A stretch of DNA of 45,122 nt from a virus, in the UHGV virus genome UHGV-0415709; one strand, written 5' to 3'. The notes under the pieces are model-generated. The model ran no database searches, was not told the origin of the DNA, and worked only from the letters and a program-made list of their open reading frames with translations. The translations under genes were made by a program, and so were the position numbers. This document shows positions 25,106 to 34,237 of this stretch, one piece after another. Every line of letters starts with the position of its first letter. The stretch's first letter is position 1.

Positions 25106-25804
25106 TTAATTCCAGGGAAGTCCACTATCCTGCATATTATCTGGAGGTGCAGGATTCTCGTTAGAGGGTTTGTCTGGGGTGGACTTGAACCTTTTAATAC
25201 AATCTCTATACTGAGATTCAACCATATCACTAAATTTTTCTACAGCATACAGAGAGCAGATGGCCCTCCAATGTTTACCAGTCCTATCACACTCTGCTAT
25301 CAAATCATTTACCTGATCCTCGGTTAGCTTCTTTTCTTTTGAAATTTTTTCATTTTTTGATTCTGGAATTTGTTCGTTGTTGTATTTAGTCCGGTCTGAA
25401 TCCCAATAAACATCAGCACCAATCCCAAGCTCCTTACATGCTACGGATATAGCATCTGTTGTTGCCATCTTGTAACATTCGTCAGATACATATATTCCAG
25501 ACTTCTCCTTTGATGCAAACATGCTCCCGCCGTTCCCAGCGATTGGTTTAGACCACTCCCCATCAACCTTTATGTATAATTCAATATTTACAAAAGCTGC
25601 TATCTCATTACCTGCTGTTTCCAACCACTGCCTCGTTGGGATGTAGTACCATCCTATCCCACATGGCCCGAACTGCTCAGTAAGGACTTTTATGCGCCAC
25701 ATAGGGTTAATATCGGTCATACCGCTGGTACGGCCTCCCTTAATGGTTTTCTTGGCGCTATCTGGGACAGAACGGACCTTTTCGTATAAGTCAAGATTCC
25801 CCAT
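25106..25804 (-). CDS. Rad52-family single-strand annealing protein
   Basis: YKMATTDAISVACKELGIGADVYW matches Rad52/Rad22 conserved segment (A.TDA..RA....GIG..LY). Confidence 0.55.
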   Translation of the reverse strand: MGNLDLYEKVRSVPDSAKKTIKGGRTSGMTDINPMWRIKVLTEQFGPCGIGWYYIPTRQWLETAGNEIAAFVNIELYIKVDGEWSKPIAGNGGSMFASKEKSGIYVSDECYKMATTDAISVACKELGIGADVYWDSDRTKYNNEQIPESKNEKISKEKKLTEDQVNDLIAECDRTGKHWRAICSLYAVEKFSDMVESQYRDCIKRFKSTPDKPSNENPAPPDNMQDSGLPWN

Positions 25805-26071
25805 CTTTTTCCTCCTTCATGAGCGTTCCAACTATATAGATGACAGCCATTTCAAGTTCCTTTCTTGCAACACTTCCAATAGGCAAGAGTGACTGTCTAT
25901 CCCGGAGATAAGATACCATTGCAGTACCGTCAATCGTCTTGTGTTCCAGATTCATGTTTTATAATCTCCTTATAATGCTGTTTATGATGTTCTCTGTCCT
26001 TCCCCCTGCATTTATCACATTCTTTCCAATGTTCCGGGTCAAGAAAACATCCACAAGAATCACATTTAGAA

Positions 26072-26269
26072 TTATTCATCATGTGTTTTATCCTTAGGAA
26101 CTTTAACCGGTATGCCTCTCAAAATACCGACCAGCACATTACGCTGGGCATATTCATCTGTATCCAAAAAAACCAAAGCTGCATTTACCCGACCTTCAAG
26201 CTCAATAAGCTTTCTATATTCATTGGCCGTAATTTCAACTGTTCTTTCTTCCATCTTGCAAACCTCCAT
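26072..26269 (-). CDS. hypothetical protein (65 aa)
   Basis: ORF only. Confidence 0.3.
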   Translation of the reverse strand: MEVCKMEERTVEITANEYRKLIELEGRVNAALVFLDTDEYAQRNVLVGILRGIPVKVPKDKTHDE

Positions 26270-26441
26270 AATCTCTGATATAATCAGACTGAGTTATTTT
26301 TTGTATTCGGTCGTTTAGCTCTGTCAAGCTGACGACCTTTTTTATTGGCCTACCATATCCGGTGTACCGACTGGCATTTATCATTGCCCCGTCCCGGTTG
26401 GTTCCATTGCGGCGGCGGCTCATAATATCACCGCCATGCAT
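26235..26441 (-). CDS. hypothetical basic protein (68 aa)
   Basis: ORF only. Confidence 0.3.
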   Translation of the reverse strand: MHGGDIMSRRRNGTNRDGAMINASRYTGYGRPIKKVVSLTELNDRIQKITQSDYIRDYGGLQDGRKNS

Positions 26442-26546
26442 ATCACCAGCAATCCGCTTAAGACCATAACCGCAGCGGTTAAACCGCGAATAATCATCCG
26501 GTCTTTCTGCCGCGAGCTTAAATGTGTTTTTCCGACAGGTATGTAT

Positions 26547-26774
26547 TCAAGCTGTTTCAACAAATTTCATCTCCTTCCCAGTCAATTGCAGAAGTATCTG
26601 CAATTTTTCTATTGTCAGTTTTTGAGGGTTGGCTTTACGCTCTCTAAACGAGCTTGTGCAAAACCCCAAATACAAGGCCAGCTCATTATCATCAAAGTTA
26701 TTTCTTATTTTGGCTTCTTCTATCAGTAGCCGTATGCTGTCCTTTTGCCATTCTGACGGCTTCTTAGATTTCAC
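26547..26774 (-). CDS. hypothetical HTH-like small protein (75 aa)
   Basis: ORF; helix-rich. Confidence 0.35.
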   Translation of the reverse strand: MKSKKPSEWQKDSIRLLIEEAKIRNNFDDNELALYLGFCTSSFRERKANPQKLTIEKLQILLQLTGKEMKFVETA

Positions 26775-26794
26775 TCCTACTTCCTCCTTAACTT

Positions 26795-27139
26795 TCAGTT
26801 TGGTTCATCATGATATTTCAATGCCTGGCCGCAAGTTGGACAGAAATAATCATCATCCTCAACCACATCTGAATCGCATACCGGACAGAGGCACTCTGCT
26901 TCATCACCAGCGGAATAATATGATTGATATGCCGGTGTCCACACCACCATTCTCGGCTCGCTTTTGTCTTTTAAATACTGGACTTCTCCTGGCTCCAGGC
27001 CAGTATCCTCATAGGCTTTCAATCTCTCAATTAATTCGCGGTATGGATTACCTTTCGTGATAATTGCGGGCAATCCAGTATCACTTATGGAATAAGCCAA
27101 CAGTCTGCCTTGGTCATCAACCTTCGTTAATCGTTCCAT
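26795..27139 (-). CDS. protein with C-terminal zinc ribbon (114 aa)
   Basis: ATG 27139 with RBS ggaggt; CPVC...CPTC; track's N-terminal extension reads through tRNA-like element and is rejected. Confidence 0.45.
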   Translation of the reverse strand: MERLTKVDDQGRLLAYSISDTGLPAIITKGNPYRELIERLKAYEDTGLEPGEVQYLKDKSEPRMVVWTPAYQSYYSAGDEAECLCPVCDSDVVEDDDYFCPTCGQALKYHDEPN

Positions 27140-27166
27140 TTTACCTCCTTCTGAAAATTTTAAAGT

Positions 27167-27257
27167 TGGCGGCGGCCGGAGTCGAACCGGCACCCTCTTA
27201 CTTTCCACCATGGTTATGCCAGGAATCGAACCTGGACCTGTGTGCCACACACCGCCA
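27167..27257 (-). ncRNA. tRNA-like structured element, copy 2
   Basis: Identical 52-bp core with copy 1; first hairpin CCAGG-UUCGAUU-CCUGG differs from copy 1 by compensatory substitutions that preserve pairing and T-loop consensus. Confidence 0.45.
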
Positions 27258-27405
27258 TTAACTCTTAAAATACTGGTAAAGCGCTATTGCTATAATTATT
27301 AGTATCTCTGCAATAACAGTGCAAACAACTCCTGCCAAAAATGGATTGATGTACATCGTTTATCTCCTTCTCTTCCTCTTGATTCCCCGGCTCTTGCCAT
27401 TCTTT

Positions 27406-27672
27406 TTAATCCTGGCTCTCTGTCCCATTCTCTAAGTCTCCTTGTGTTCCTGTATTGATGTTGTTCAGTCCACTGCCGTCCTGGGAAACATAGTCATATG
27501 TACCGGCTGTATAAAGCCATGCAGCATTGGTGCCTATCAGCGCCGCCAGCGTTACCAGGAATGCTATAAACCAATGTTTTGCATTCCTCTTGCTCTGCTC
27601 GATTACCTCTACAGCAAAATACTGCTCCAGCCCTTCCCATGTTGGCTTGTCCTTCTGGTTTTCAATGTTCAT
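27406..27672 (-). CDS. small membrane protein (88 aa)
   Basis: Central TM helix HWFIAFLVTLAALIGTNAAWLY. Confidence 0.4.
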   Translation of the reverse strand: MNIENQKDKPTWEGLEQYFAVEVIEQSKRNAKHWFIAFLVTLAALIGTNAAWLYTAGTYDYVSQDGSGLNNINTGTQGDLENGTESQD

Positions 27673-27841
27673 AAATATTTTCCTCCTGTGCTTGCGTAAT
27701 ACAGGAGAAAATGGTAAAATATTCCTGTATCCGCATTAGTGTGGTTAATGTGGTTACGGCTCCGGTTGGTGTTCGTAGCACCGCCGGGGCATTTTATTAA
27801 TTTGGGTTTAGTGGTATACTTTTATCAAAAGGAGAAAATAA

Positions 27842-28186
27842 ATGTCAACCTCGCAAGACATGTCTACCTTATACTTATCTCTCCAAGAAAAGATTGCCTT
27901 GAAATATATAAAATTTCATTCAAAGCTACATATTAATGATATAGAAAACCACAAACATTATAATTCTTTGTATAAAAAGCACTTAATAATAAATATTCCA
28001 ACAATTAATGGTAGGCCACGTCCTACAGACTTTTATAAAATATCAGACTTTGGAAAAGATTATATCAATTACAAAAATGAATGCCGATTTGAACAATTGT
28101 TTGTCCCTGTTATTGTTACCATCCTAACCAATATAGCAATAGACGTGTTGCCAAAGTTGTTAAAACTGATACAAGAACTATTGTAA
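27842..28186 (+). CDS. AT-rich plus-strand membrane protein (114 aa), putative moron
   Basis: Opposite orientation to surrounding early genes; C-terminal TM (LFVPVIVTILTNIAIDVL); low GC; RBS aaaggag. Confidence 0.4.
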   Translation: MSTSQDMSTLYLSLQEKIALKYIKFHSKLHINDIENHKHYNSLYKKHLIINIPTINGRPRPTDFYKISDFGKDYINYKNECRFEQLFVPVIVTILTNIAIDVLPKLLKLIQELL

Positions 28187-28249
28187 AGTAGTTCTTTTTT
28201 TTCATGTTTCACCTCCTAACCCAAGCATTTTATTTGTCTGATTTGTGTG

Positions 28250-28432
28250 TTAAAAGTTATCAATAAAATTAATAACTTCTGATAGATTACAATTATCTTT
28301 AAAGCAAGCTGGTGGGCTATAACAAAAATCCCTTATTTCACATACGTGGCACTTTGTAATATCCTTACTAATCTTTTCAGGCTTGTTAGCGCAAAACCTT
28401 TCAAGTCTATCAAAAAAATCTCTTGCTTCCAC
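28250..28432 (-). CDS. Cys-rich mini-protein (60 aa)
   Basis: ORF; CANKPEK...CHVCEIRDFCYSPPACFKDNC. Confidence 0.3.
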   Translation of the reverse strand: MEARDFFDRLERFCANKPEKISKDITKCHVCEIRDFCYSPPACFKDNCNLSEVINFIDNF

Positions 28433-28448
28433 TCTATTGCCTCCATTT

Positions 28449-28739
28449 TTACTCAGCTGTAATAATCGGAGTTAACTCATTTTCTCCAGATGGTTCGTTC
28501 TTACTGGACGGCTCTCTGTCTTGCAAATCACCTGTTACCATATCAACTGTTACCCTATCAACCTTCCCATCTTCAAAAAATTCGAAATCATGCAAATCAA
28601 AAGAAATACTAACTTTTGGATCTTTGCCCGCTTCGTGAATATATGAAACAGACGAAACACCCTTACCCATAGACTTGCCACATACTTCAAAATAAGAATG
28701 TTTTCCATCACTGACTAACCTAAACTTTGGTCCGTTCAT
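28449..28739 (-). CDS. hypothetical protein (96 aa)
   Basis: ORF directly downstream of cro-like gene. Confidence 0.35.
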   Translation of the reverse strand: MNGPKFRLVSDGKHSYFEVCGKSMGKGVSSVSYIHEAGKDPKVSISFDLHDFEFFEDGKVDRVTVDMVTGDLQDREPSSKNEPSGENELTPIITAE

Positions 28740-28757
28740 CCTCTCTCACCTCCTACT

Positions 28758-28961
28758 TTAAGAAATAAGCTTGTCTACTTTAACTTTTAAAACATCTGCA
28801 ACCGCTTTAAGACTTTTAATAGTCGGACTTGATTTATTCCATTTGCTGATAGTCCCATTTTTCAAACCGGCGGCGACTTCAACTGAGCGAATACTTATAC
28901 CTCTTTCATCGCATATTCTTTGAATGCAATCATAAATAAGCAAATATTTCCCCCCTTTCAT
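28758..28961 (-). CDS. Cro-like XRE HTH regulator
   Basis: 67 aa HTH (GISIRSVEVAAGLKNGTISKWNK) divergent from CI-like gene across operator region. Confidence 0.65.
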   Translation of the reverse strand: MKGGKYLLIYDCIQRICDERGISIRSVEVAAGLKNGTISKWNKSSPTIKSLKAVADVLKVKVDKLIS

Positions 28962-28984
28962 AAGTATGTTAGAAAATATTCAAC

Positions 28985-29165
28985 TTTAATATTGACAATA
29001 CGTAGATTATATTCTATAATTTAGTTACCAGCAAAACTATAGATGACAACGTAAAGTCTATATTAATGAGGTAGATTATTTTCTACTCTTCATAACTGTA
29101 TTATACAGAATATAGTCTACGTTGTCAATAGTTGAAGTAGATTTTTTTCTACTTTTTGAAAGGAG
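28985..29165. promoter_or_regulatory. genetic-switch intergenic region with multiple TTGACAAYRCGTAGA operator half-sites and divergent promoters
   Basis: ttgacaatacgtagat and tctacgttgtcaat form inverted pairs; a third site atgacaacgtaaagtcta lies between. Confidence 0.5.
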
Positions 29166-29171
29166 TAAACT

Positions 29172-29663
29172 ATGACAACATATGAAGTAATTGCAAAGCT
29201 ATGTAATGAACACGGTATCGCAATTACTGCCTTAGAAAAAGAATTAGGATTCGGGAGAGGCTATATAGGGAAATTTAAAACCAAAGGTACAATACCAAGC
29301 GCTAAAAAATTGCAGCAAATTGCAGATTATTTTAAAGTAACTATGGGATACTTGATGGATGATAATGCTAAACAAGAAATGAATGTTCTTATGCCCCCAA
29401 AAGCAGAACTGCAAATATTACTTTTTTACAATAAATTAAATCCTACTGGACAAGCAGAAGCTACTAAGCGGGTTTATGAGCTAACACAAATAAAAGAATA
29501 TACCAACGTAGCAACGGAAACCGCAGATAAAATCATATCTTATAATGATATTGTTCAAATGGACATACCAATGGCTGCGCATGAAAACGAAGGGGCTACA
29601 ATGGAAATGAAAGAGGAGGATTTAAACAACGCATTAAAACTTGTACAAAAAGACAGAACGTGA
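29172..29663 (+). CDS. CI-like XRE-family repressor
   Basis: N-terminal HTH (YEVIAKLCNEHGIAITALEKELGFGRGYIGKFK) plus C-terminal domain, divergent from cro-like gene. Confidence 0.7.
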   Translation: MTTYEVIAKLCNEHGIAITALEKELGFGRGYIGKFKTKGTIPSAKKLQQIADYFKVTMGYLMDDNAKQEMNVLMPPKAELQILLFYNKLNPTGQAEATKRVYELTQIKEYTNVATETADKIISYNDIVQMDIPMAAHENEGATMEMKEEDLNNALKLVQKDRT

Positions 29664-29741
29664 AAACAGCAGACGCACGGGGTCAAATGTCCGCCGAAGT
29701 TACTTAATGAATTTATTTTTTAAAGTACGAGGTGTTGAAAA

Positions 29742-30194
29742 ATGTCCTTTGATGAAATGATGAGTGAAGTATCTGAAAACGGAGTTCCTGTACACGAACT
29801 CGATATGGTTGCTTATTCTGGCCTGTATATTGATGGAAATATAATATTAAATAAAAAATTGCAGACCAGCAAAGAACGGTTGCCAATATTGGCAGAAGAA
29901 TATGGGCACCATCTGACATGTAACGGAAAGAATATCATATGCCAGGATTCGGAGCAGAATAAAAAGCTAGAACTGCAAGGCAAAAAGTATGCTTACAAAA
30001 AATTAACTAATTTTAGGGATATCATAGAGGCTTATGATAGTGGCATACGCACTTTATACGATATGGCCGATTACTTTAATGTTACTGAAAAATTTTTGAT
30101 AGAAATGTTTGAAAGTGCAAAAGAAAAATATGGAATCTATAAAGATGTAGATGGAAGAAAGATATATTTCATTCCTTGCGTTTACATATCATAA
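29742..30194 (+). CDS. putative ImmA/IrrE-like protein (degenerate metallopeptidase motif)
   Basis: Directly downstream of repressor as in ImmR/ImmA pairs; motif LAEEYGHHL approximates but does not match HExxH. Confidence 0.35.
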   Translation: MSFDEMMSEVSENGVPVHELDMVAYSGLYIDGNIILNKKLQTSKERLPILAEEYGHHLTCNGKNIICQDSEQNKKLELQGKKYAYKKLTNFRDIIEAYDSGIRTLYDMADYFNVTEKFLIEMFESAKEKYGIYKDVDGRKIYFIPCVYIS

Positions 30195-30278
30195 ATTAAT
30201 GAGTGTTTTTAGTTATATTTTAGGCAAAAGAATTCACAAAAATTGGAATATCAAGGCCACCTATGAGGAGAGAAATAT

Positions 30279-30920
30279 ATGCCAAAATATATTACTGAGA
30301 TGGAATGGGAGCAAGATTTAAATGAAAGTGTACTCAAAAATGAAAAATATGACCTTAAAAATTTTTCAAAACATGAATCTGATACCATAAAACATGTTTT
30401 AGATGTAGTTAAAAATAAATATCCAAACGAATATTATTCATTAGGATTAGCAAATGAGAGTTATACAATTAAATATAAGCCCAGATATGTTTTATATGAA
30501 ATCATTATTCTTAAGTATAGCAAATCAAATAGTTTTATAGATAAATTTGCTGTTTCTCTTGCATACGAGAGTAAAGGAGCTTTTTATAGAAAGAATGCTA
30601 TCGCATATTTTGAAGAATCAGAACATTACATTACACCAAGTCTAATGGATGACTTTGTGTCATATATGCCATTACATGTTTATACTATGTTTTCAAAATT
30701 ATATGAGCAAGAGCATGATTATGAGAAAGCAATTAGTTTAACGAAAATGGCGAAAAAATACGGGGACCCTAAAAATCCATATTTTGATATTCATATTAAC
30801 GAATTAATAGAAAAAAAATTAAAAATTCCCAAAAAAAGAAAAACTAGTATATCACAAGACCAAATTAATTTTGAAAATGAGGTTACAAATGCGGCTCAAT
30901 ATTTTTTGCAATATTTTTAA
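30279..30920 (+). CDS. AT-rich hypothetical cargo protein (213 aa)
   Basis: Low-GC ORF in lysogeny module; no recognizable motifs. Confidence 0.45.
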   Translation: MPKYITEMEWEQDLNESVLKNEKYDLKNFSKHESDTIKHVLDVVKNKYPNEYYSLGLANESYTIKYKPRYVLYEIIILKYSKSNSFIDKFAVSLAYESKGAFYRKNAIAYFEESEHYITPSLMDDFVSYMPLHVYTMFSKLYEQEHDYEKAISLTKMAKKYGDPKNPYFDIHINELIEKKLKIPKKRKTSISQDQINFENEVTNAAQYFLQYF

Positions 30921-30937
30921 AATATAGGGAGGAAATT

Positions 30938-31840
30938 ATGAGAAAAAAATTATTATTGCCCACACTAGCTTTATGTACTGCTTTATCTGCTTGTGGAGGT
31001 AGTAAAAGCGCAGAACAAACAACAGCAGTGGTGACTACAGAGGCAGTTACTACAGTACCAACGGAGAAAGCCACCGAAGCTGTTGAAGAAACCAGGCCAC
31101 AATCGGACATTTCTCTTAAAGAAATAGAAGGTTGGCTTATTGGAGATATTTGGAATGAAGGCTTCTGCGACTTCTATCATTATGAAGAAGATGGAAAGAG
31201 CAGCCTTGGAGAGACTATTGATATTGATTTTGCTTTATCACGATTCAAAAAAAATTATGAGAAAAAGGCCGAATATGATGCATACATAAATTCTCTTCCT
31301 GATTCATACGATTCGATTAAAGAAACCTGGAATAAGCTTTCTGTAGAAATGGATAAATTGTATGATTACTACAAGGATGGTGTAACCCAAAGCGGAACTG
31401 CAACTGATACCGCACTTTTTGTTCAATATAGGGATGCATTTTCCGAAGATATTAAGAGCGTAGAAGATTTTGATTCTAATCCTAACGCTAACAGTTCTTC
31501 TCAGGAGATAGTTTCAGACTCATCTTCTGCTTTAAGTGATTTAGAACAATATTTACTAAATCAAGGTGTTTTATCAGGAAACAGAACAGATGTATTTGCG
31601 CAGATGATAGGCGCTAAATCTGGAATAAAGTATAAAGATTCAGGTGTGGAAATCTATGAATATTCACCTGACGCAAAAGAATACAAAGAACTTGTAAAAG
31701 GAAATCCAGTTACAATTGAAGGTTTTGAAGGAGTAGAAATTACTGCGAAAGCAATTAACGGAAATTTCGTATTAATTGAAACACAAGATAAAACAGCCAG
31801 CCAAGACTTGATTAATGCTTTTGAATCATATAACAAATAA
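30938..31840 (+). CDS. lipoprotein (signal peptide with lipobox LSAC)
   Basis: MRKKLLLPTLALCTALSACGGSKSAEQTT; T/V/A-rich linker then globular domain; between repressor and integrase. Confidence 0.65.
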   Translation: MRKKLLLPTLALCTALSACGGSKSAEQTTAVVTTEAVTTVPTEKATEAVEETRPQSDISLKEIEGWLIGDIWNEGFCDFYHYEEDGKSSLGETIDIDFALSRFKKNYEKKAEYDAYINSLPDSYDSIKETWNKLSVEMDKLYDYYKDGVTQSGTATDTALFVQYRDAFSEDIKSVEDFDSNPNANSSSQEIVSDSSSALSDLEQYLLNQGVLSGNRTDVFAQMIGAKSGIKYKDSGVEIYEYSPDAKEYKELVKGNPVTIEGFEGVEITAKAINGNFVLIETQDKTASQDLINAFESYNK

Positions 31841-31990
31841 AACAAAGAACCGGCCCCTGCGCCAACAGGAACCGGCCTACATACCCGAAGATATGCACTA
31901 TAATTCGCACCTATATTGTACCATCTTCGGGGCGGCTTTGCAAGATATTTGCGGAGCTGTATTTTTTATACCTATTTTTAGGATAATTAA

Positions 31991-33079
31991 TTGAAGGAGG
32001 AAAGGAAAATGACAAAGAAAGCCCCGAAAAAGAAAATAGGCGAACTACCATCCAAAAATATCCGTGTACAATTATACTTATATACGGATGAGAAAGGTAA
32101 ACGGCATTACAAAAGTTTTGTTGCCCCATCACGCAAAATCGCACAAGAAATGGCAGCTAGATGGAAATTAGATATGAAGGACAAGCCCATAGAACAATAC
32201 AACGTACCGGAAGAGGACGAAGAAGATATTACAGTTAATGATGCTATTGAACGCTATTTAAACGCCAAGAGCGGTGTTTTAAGCCCTTCTACTCTTAGAG
32301 GGTACACTGGTCTGCAAAGACAGTATTTCGGCGGCGCATTTGGCCAAAAAAAGCTTTCAGAACTGACAAGTCCATCTGTGCAAATATGGGTAAGTAATTT
32401 AGCTGCAAAAAAACTATCTCCAAAGACGGTAAGAAATGCCTATGGTCTGTTATCTCCAACGCTGGAAATGTTTGCACCCGAATTAACTTTAAACGTTAAA
32501 CTGCCGCAGAAAAAACGTCCTAACTTATATTGCCCAAATGACAATGATATTAAAAAGTTGCTGGACGCTATTAAAGGCACCGATTTGGAGATAGCTGTAT
32601 TACTGGCTGCGTTTGGTCCACTTAGGAGAGGGGAGATAAGCGCTCTAACCGATAAGGACGTGGATGGAAAAATTATCCATGTAAGAGATAATATGGTCAA
32701 GGGGCCAGACAATCAATGGTATATCAAACAGCCAAAGACAGATGACAGTACAAGGGATGTAGAAATGCCCGCATTTGTAATTGACCGGATATCTGAAAAA
32801 AAAGGAAAGCTGGTTGATATGAACCCGGATTACATCACACACCGATTCGGGCGAGTACTCAAAAAGATTGACATACCCCATTTCCGCTTTCACGACCTCC
32901 GGCATTATGCTGCATCCATTATGCACGCTATAGGGATACCGGACCAATATATTTTGCAGCGGGGAGGATGGGCCAGCGATAATATTATGAAAACCGTATA
33001 CAGAAATGCAATTGACTCTGAAACCGTCCGGCAAAATAAAAAAATTAATAAGCACTTTGAAAAATTGAACAGCATGTAA
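31991..33079 (+). CDS. int: phage integrase (tyrosine recombinase)
   Basis: C-terminal catalytic signature HFRFHDLRHYAAS...GGWASDNIMKTVY; adjacent to repressor module and repeat-rich attP-like region. Confidence 0.8.
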   Translation: MKEERKMTKKAPKKKIGELPSKNIRVQLYLYTDEKGKRHYKSFVAPSRKIAQEMAARWKLDMKDKPIEQYNVPEEDEEDITVNDAIERYLNAKSGVLSPSTLRGYTGLQRQYFGGAFGQKKLSELTSPSVQIWVSNLAAKKLSPKTVRNAYGLLSPTLEMFAPELTLNVKLPQKKRPNLYCPNDNDIKKLLDAIKGTDLEIAVLLAAFGPLRRGEISALTDKDVDGKIIHVRDNMVKGPDNQWYIKQPKTDDSTRDVEMPAFVIDRISEKKGKLVDMNPDYITHRFGRVLKKIDIPHFRFHDLRHYAASIMHAIGIPDQYILQRGGWASDNIMKTVYRNAIDSETVRQNKKINKHFEKLNSM

Positions 33080-33089
33080 TAAAACGGCA

Positions 33090-33330
33090 TATTTTTCGTG
33101 TTGCATCGTGTTGCATATATCATAAAAAATATAATATAATCCTCCGTAATAGGCAGAGGAAGTGATGTTTAAAAACATGAAAAAACCTTGTAAATACGTT
33201 GTTTTTCCCGTATCTACAAGGTTTTATGGAAAAGCTGCTGACGGGAATCGGACCCGTAAAATACAACGGTTTTATGCGGTTTCCAGGCTCCGTGTTGCAT
33301 ATCGTGTTGCATATTTCCGAAGATGGTATA
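33090..33330. repeat. candidate attP: tandem CGTGTTGCAT arm-type repeats (2+2) flanking a 10-bp inverted repeat
   Basis: cgtgttgcatcgtgttgcatat 33097-33118 and ccgtgttgcatatcgtgttgcatat 33290-33314; IR aaaaccttgta 33182-33192 / tacaaggtttt 33215-33225. Confidence 0.45.
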
Positions 33331-33367
33331 ATATTTATAGAAGCGTCAGTGTAAAAATCTGGCGCTT

Positions 33368-34108
33368 TTATATTGAATCAGAATCCTCTATGTACCAGAT
33401 TTCCTGCGCGCCATTATCCTGGCTATGCCAGCAAGCGCCCTCTAGCGGACCATCCGGTGTTGGGTCGAAATAGTACCAGTCTCCTGAGCCGTCCTCCGGG
33501 TCGCACACAGTGCCATTCCAGCGGTGCCAGCTGGTGCAGGCATAACCATCCTTATTAAATAAGTACCAATGGTGATTTATGACACACCACTTATTAGCCG
33601 GGTAAGTTCCATCTGGTTTGCGGTACCACCAGCCGTTATTATCCTTAATCCACCCAGTGCGCTCCTGCTCAGTCCAGGTTTTCATGAATTGTTCTGGATT
33701 TTGGTACAATTTCTTGATACCACTGGTGGAGCTGCCCCAATCAGGAAGTTGAAAATGTGGCTTGTCCACAGGAGACTTCCAGTTTCCTCCCCATTCAAGG
33801 CCGATAGATACGCCAATAGCACCTACACGGTCAAAGAAGCCGCCTATTTCGTTATAGGCTCCAGCGCCATCATTGCGGAATATATCAAAAGCTGTTCCCC
33901 ACTGATGATAGGAGCTGTAGCTGCTGCCAGGAGCATTAGTTACAATGTTACCCGGTTTAGTCCTACCCTGAGCGTATAAAGCATCCTGTTCTGCCACGGT
34001 CCGCAGTGTCTCACCTATTTTAATTTTTAATCCCTGTTTATTGCATTCGTCCACCAATTGACCTGCTAAAAGCTGTAAGCGTGGATGGCACAATGTGATA
34101 TCTCTCAT
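33368..34108 (-). CDS. endolysin: M15 (VanY-like) zinc peptidase N-domain + choline-binding-type cell-wall-binding repeats
   Basis: SYHQWGTAFD and DKPHF zinc-ligand motifs; C-terminal GW/WYY repeats (GWIKDNNGWWYRKPDGTY, WYLFNKDGY, GDWYYFDP); start set at ATG 34108 (RBS ggagga), track start 34153. Confidence 0.7.
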   Translation of the reverse strand: MRDITLCHPRLQLLAGQLVDECNKQGLKIKIGETLRTVAEQDALYAQGRTKPGNIVTNAPGSSYSSYHQWGTAFDIFRNDGAGAYNEIGGFFDRVGAIGVSIGLEWGGNWKSPVDKPHFQLPDWGSSTSGIKKLYQNPEQFMKTWTEQERTGWIKDNNGWWYRKPDGTYPANKWCVINHHWYLFNKDGYACTSWHRWNGTVCDPEDGSGDWYYFDPTPDGPLEGACWHSQDNGAQEIWYIEDSDSI

Positions 34109-34237
34109 AATCATCCTCCAATTATGCTGTTTTTCTGCTGCTCTGTAATCCATCCAATTGACACAGCCCGGTTGAGTTCGGAAACCGTTAATGGCCCTTT
34201 ACCATTGTTATATAGCCTTTTTAATGTTGTATACATT

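Noticed and set aside
29742-30194. Firm ImmA/IrrE metallopeptidase call
   Set aside because: The expected HExxH motif is not intact (AEEYGHH). Position next to the repressor is suggestive only, so confidence kept low.
33162-33473. Plus-strand ORF 33162..33473 in the attP region
   Set aside because: Overlaps the arm-type repeats and the endolysin 3' end, basic low-complexity translation, no RBS; likely spurious.
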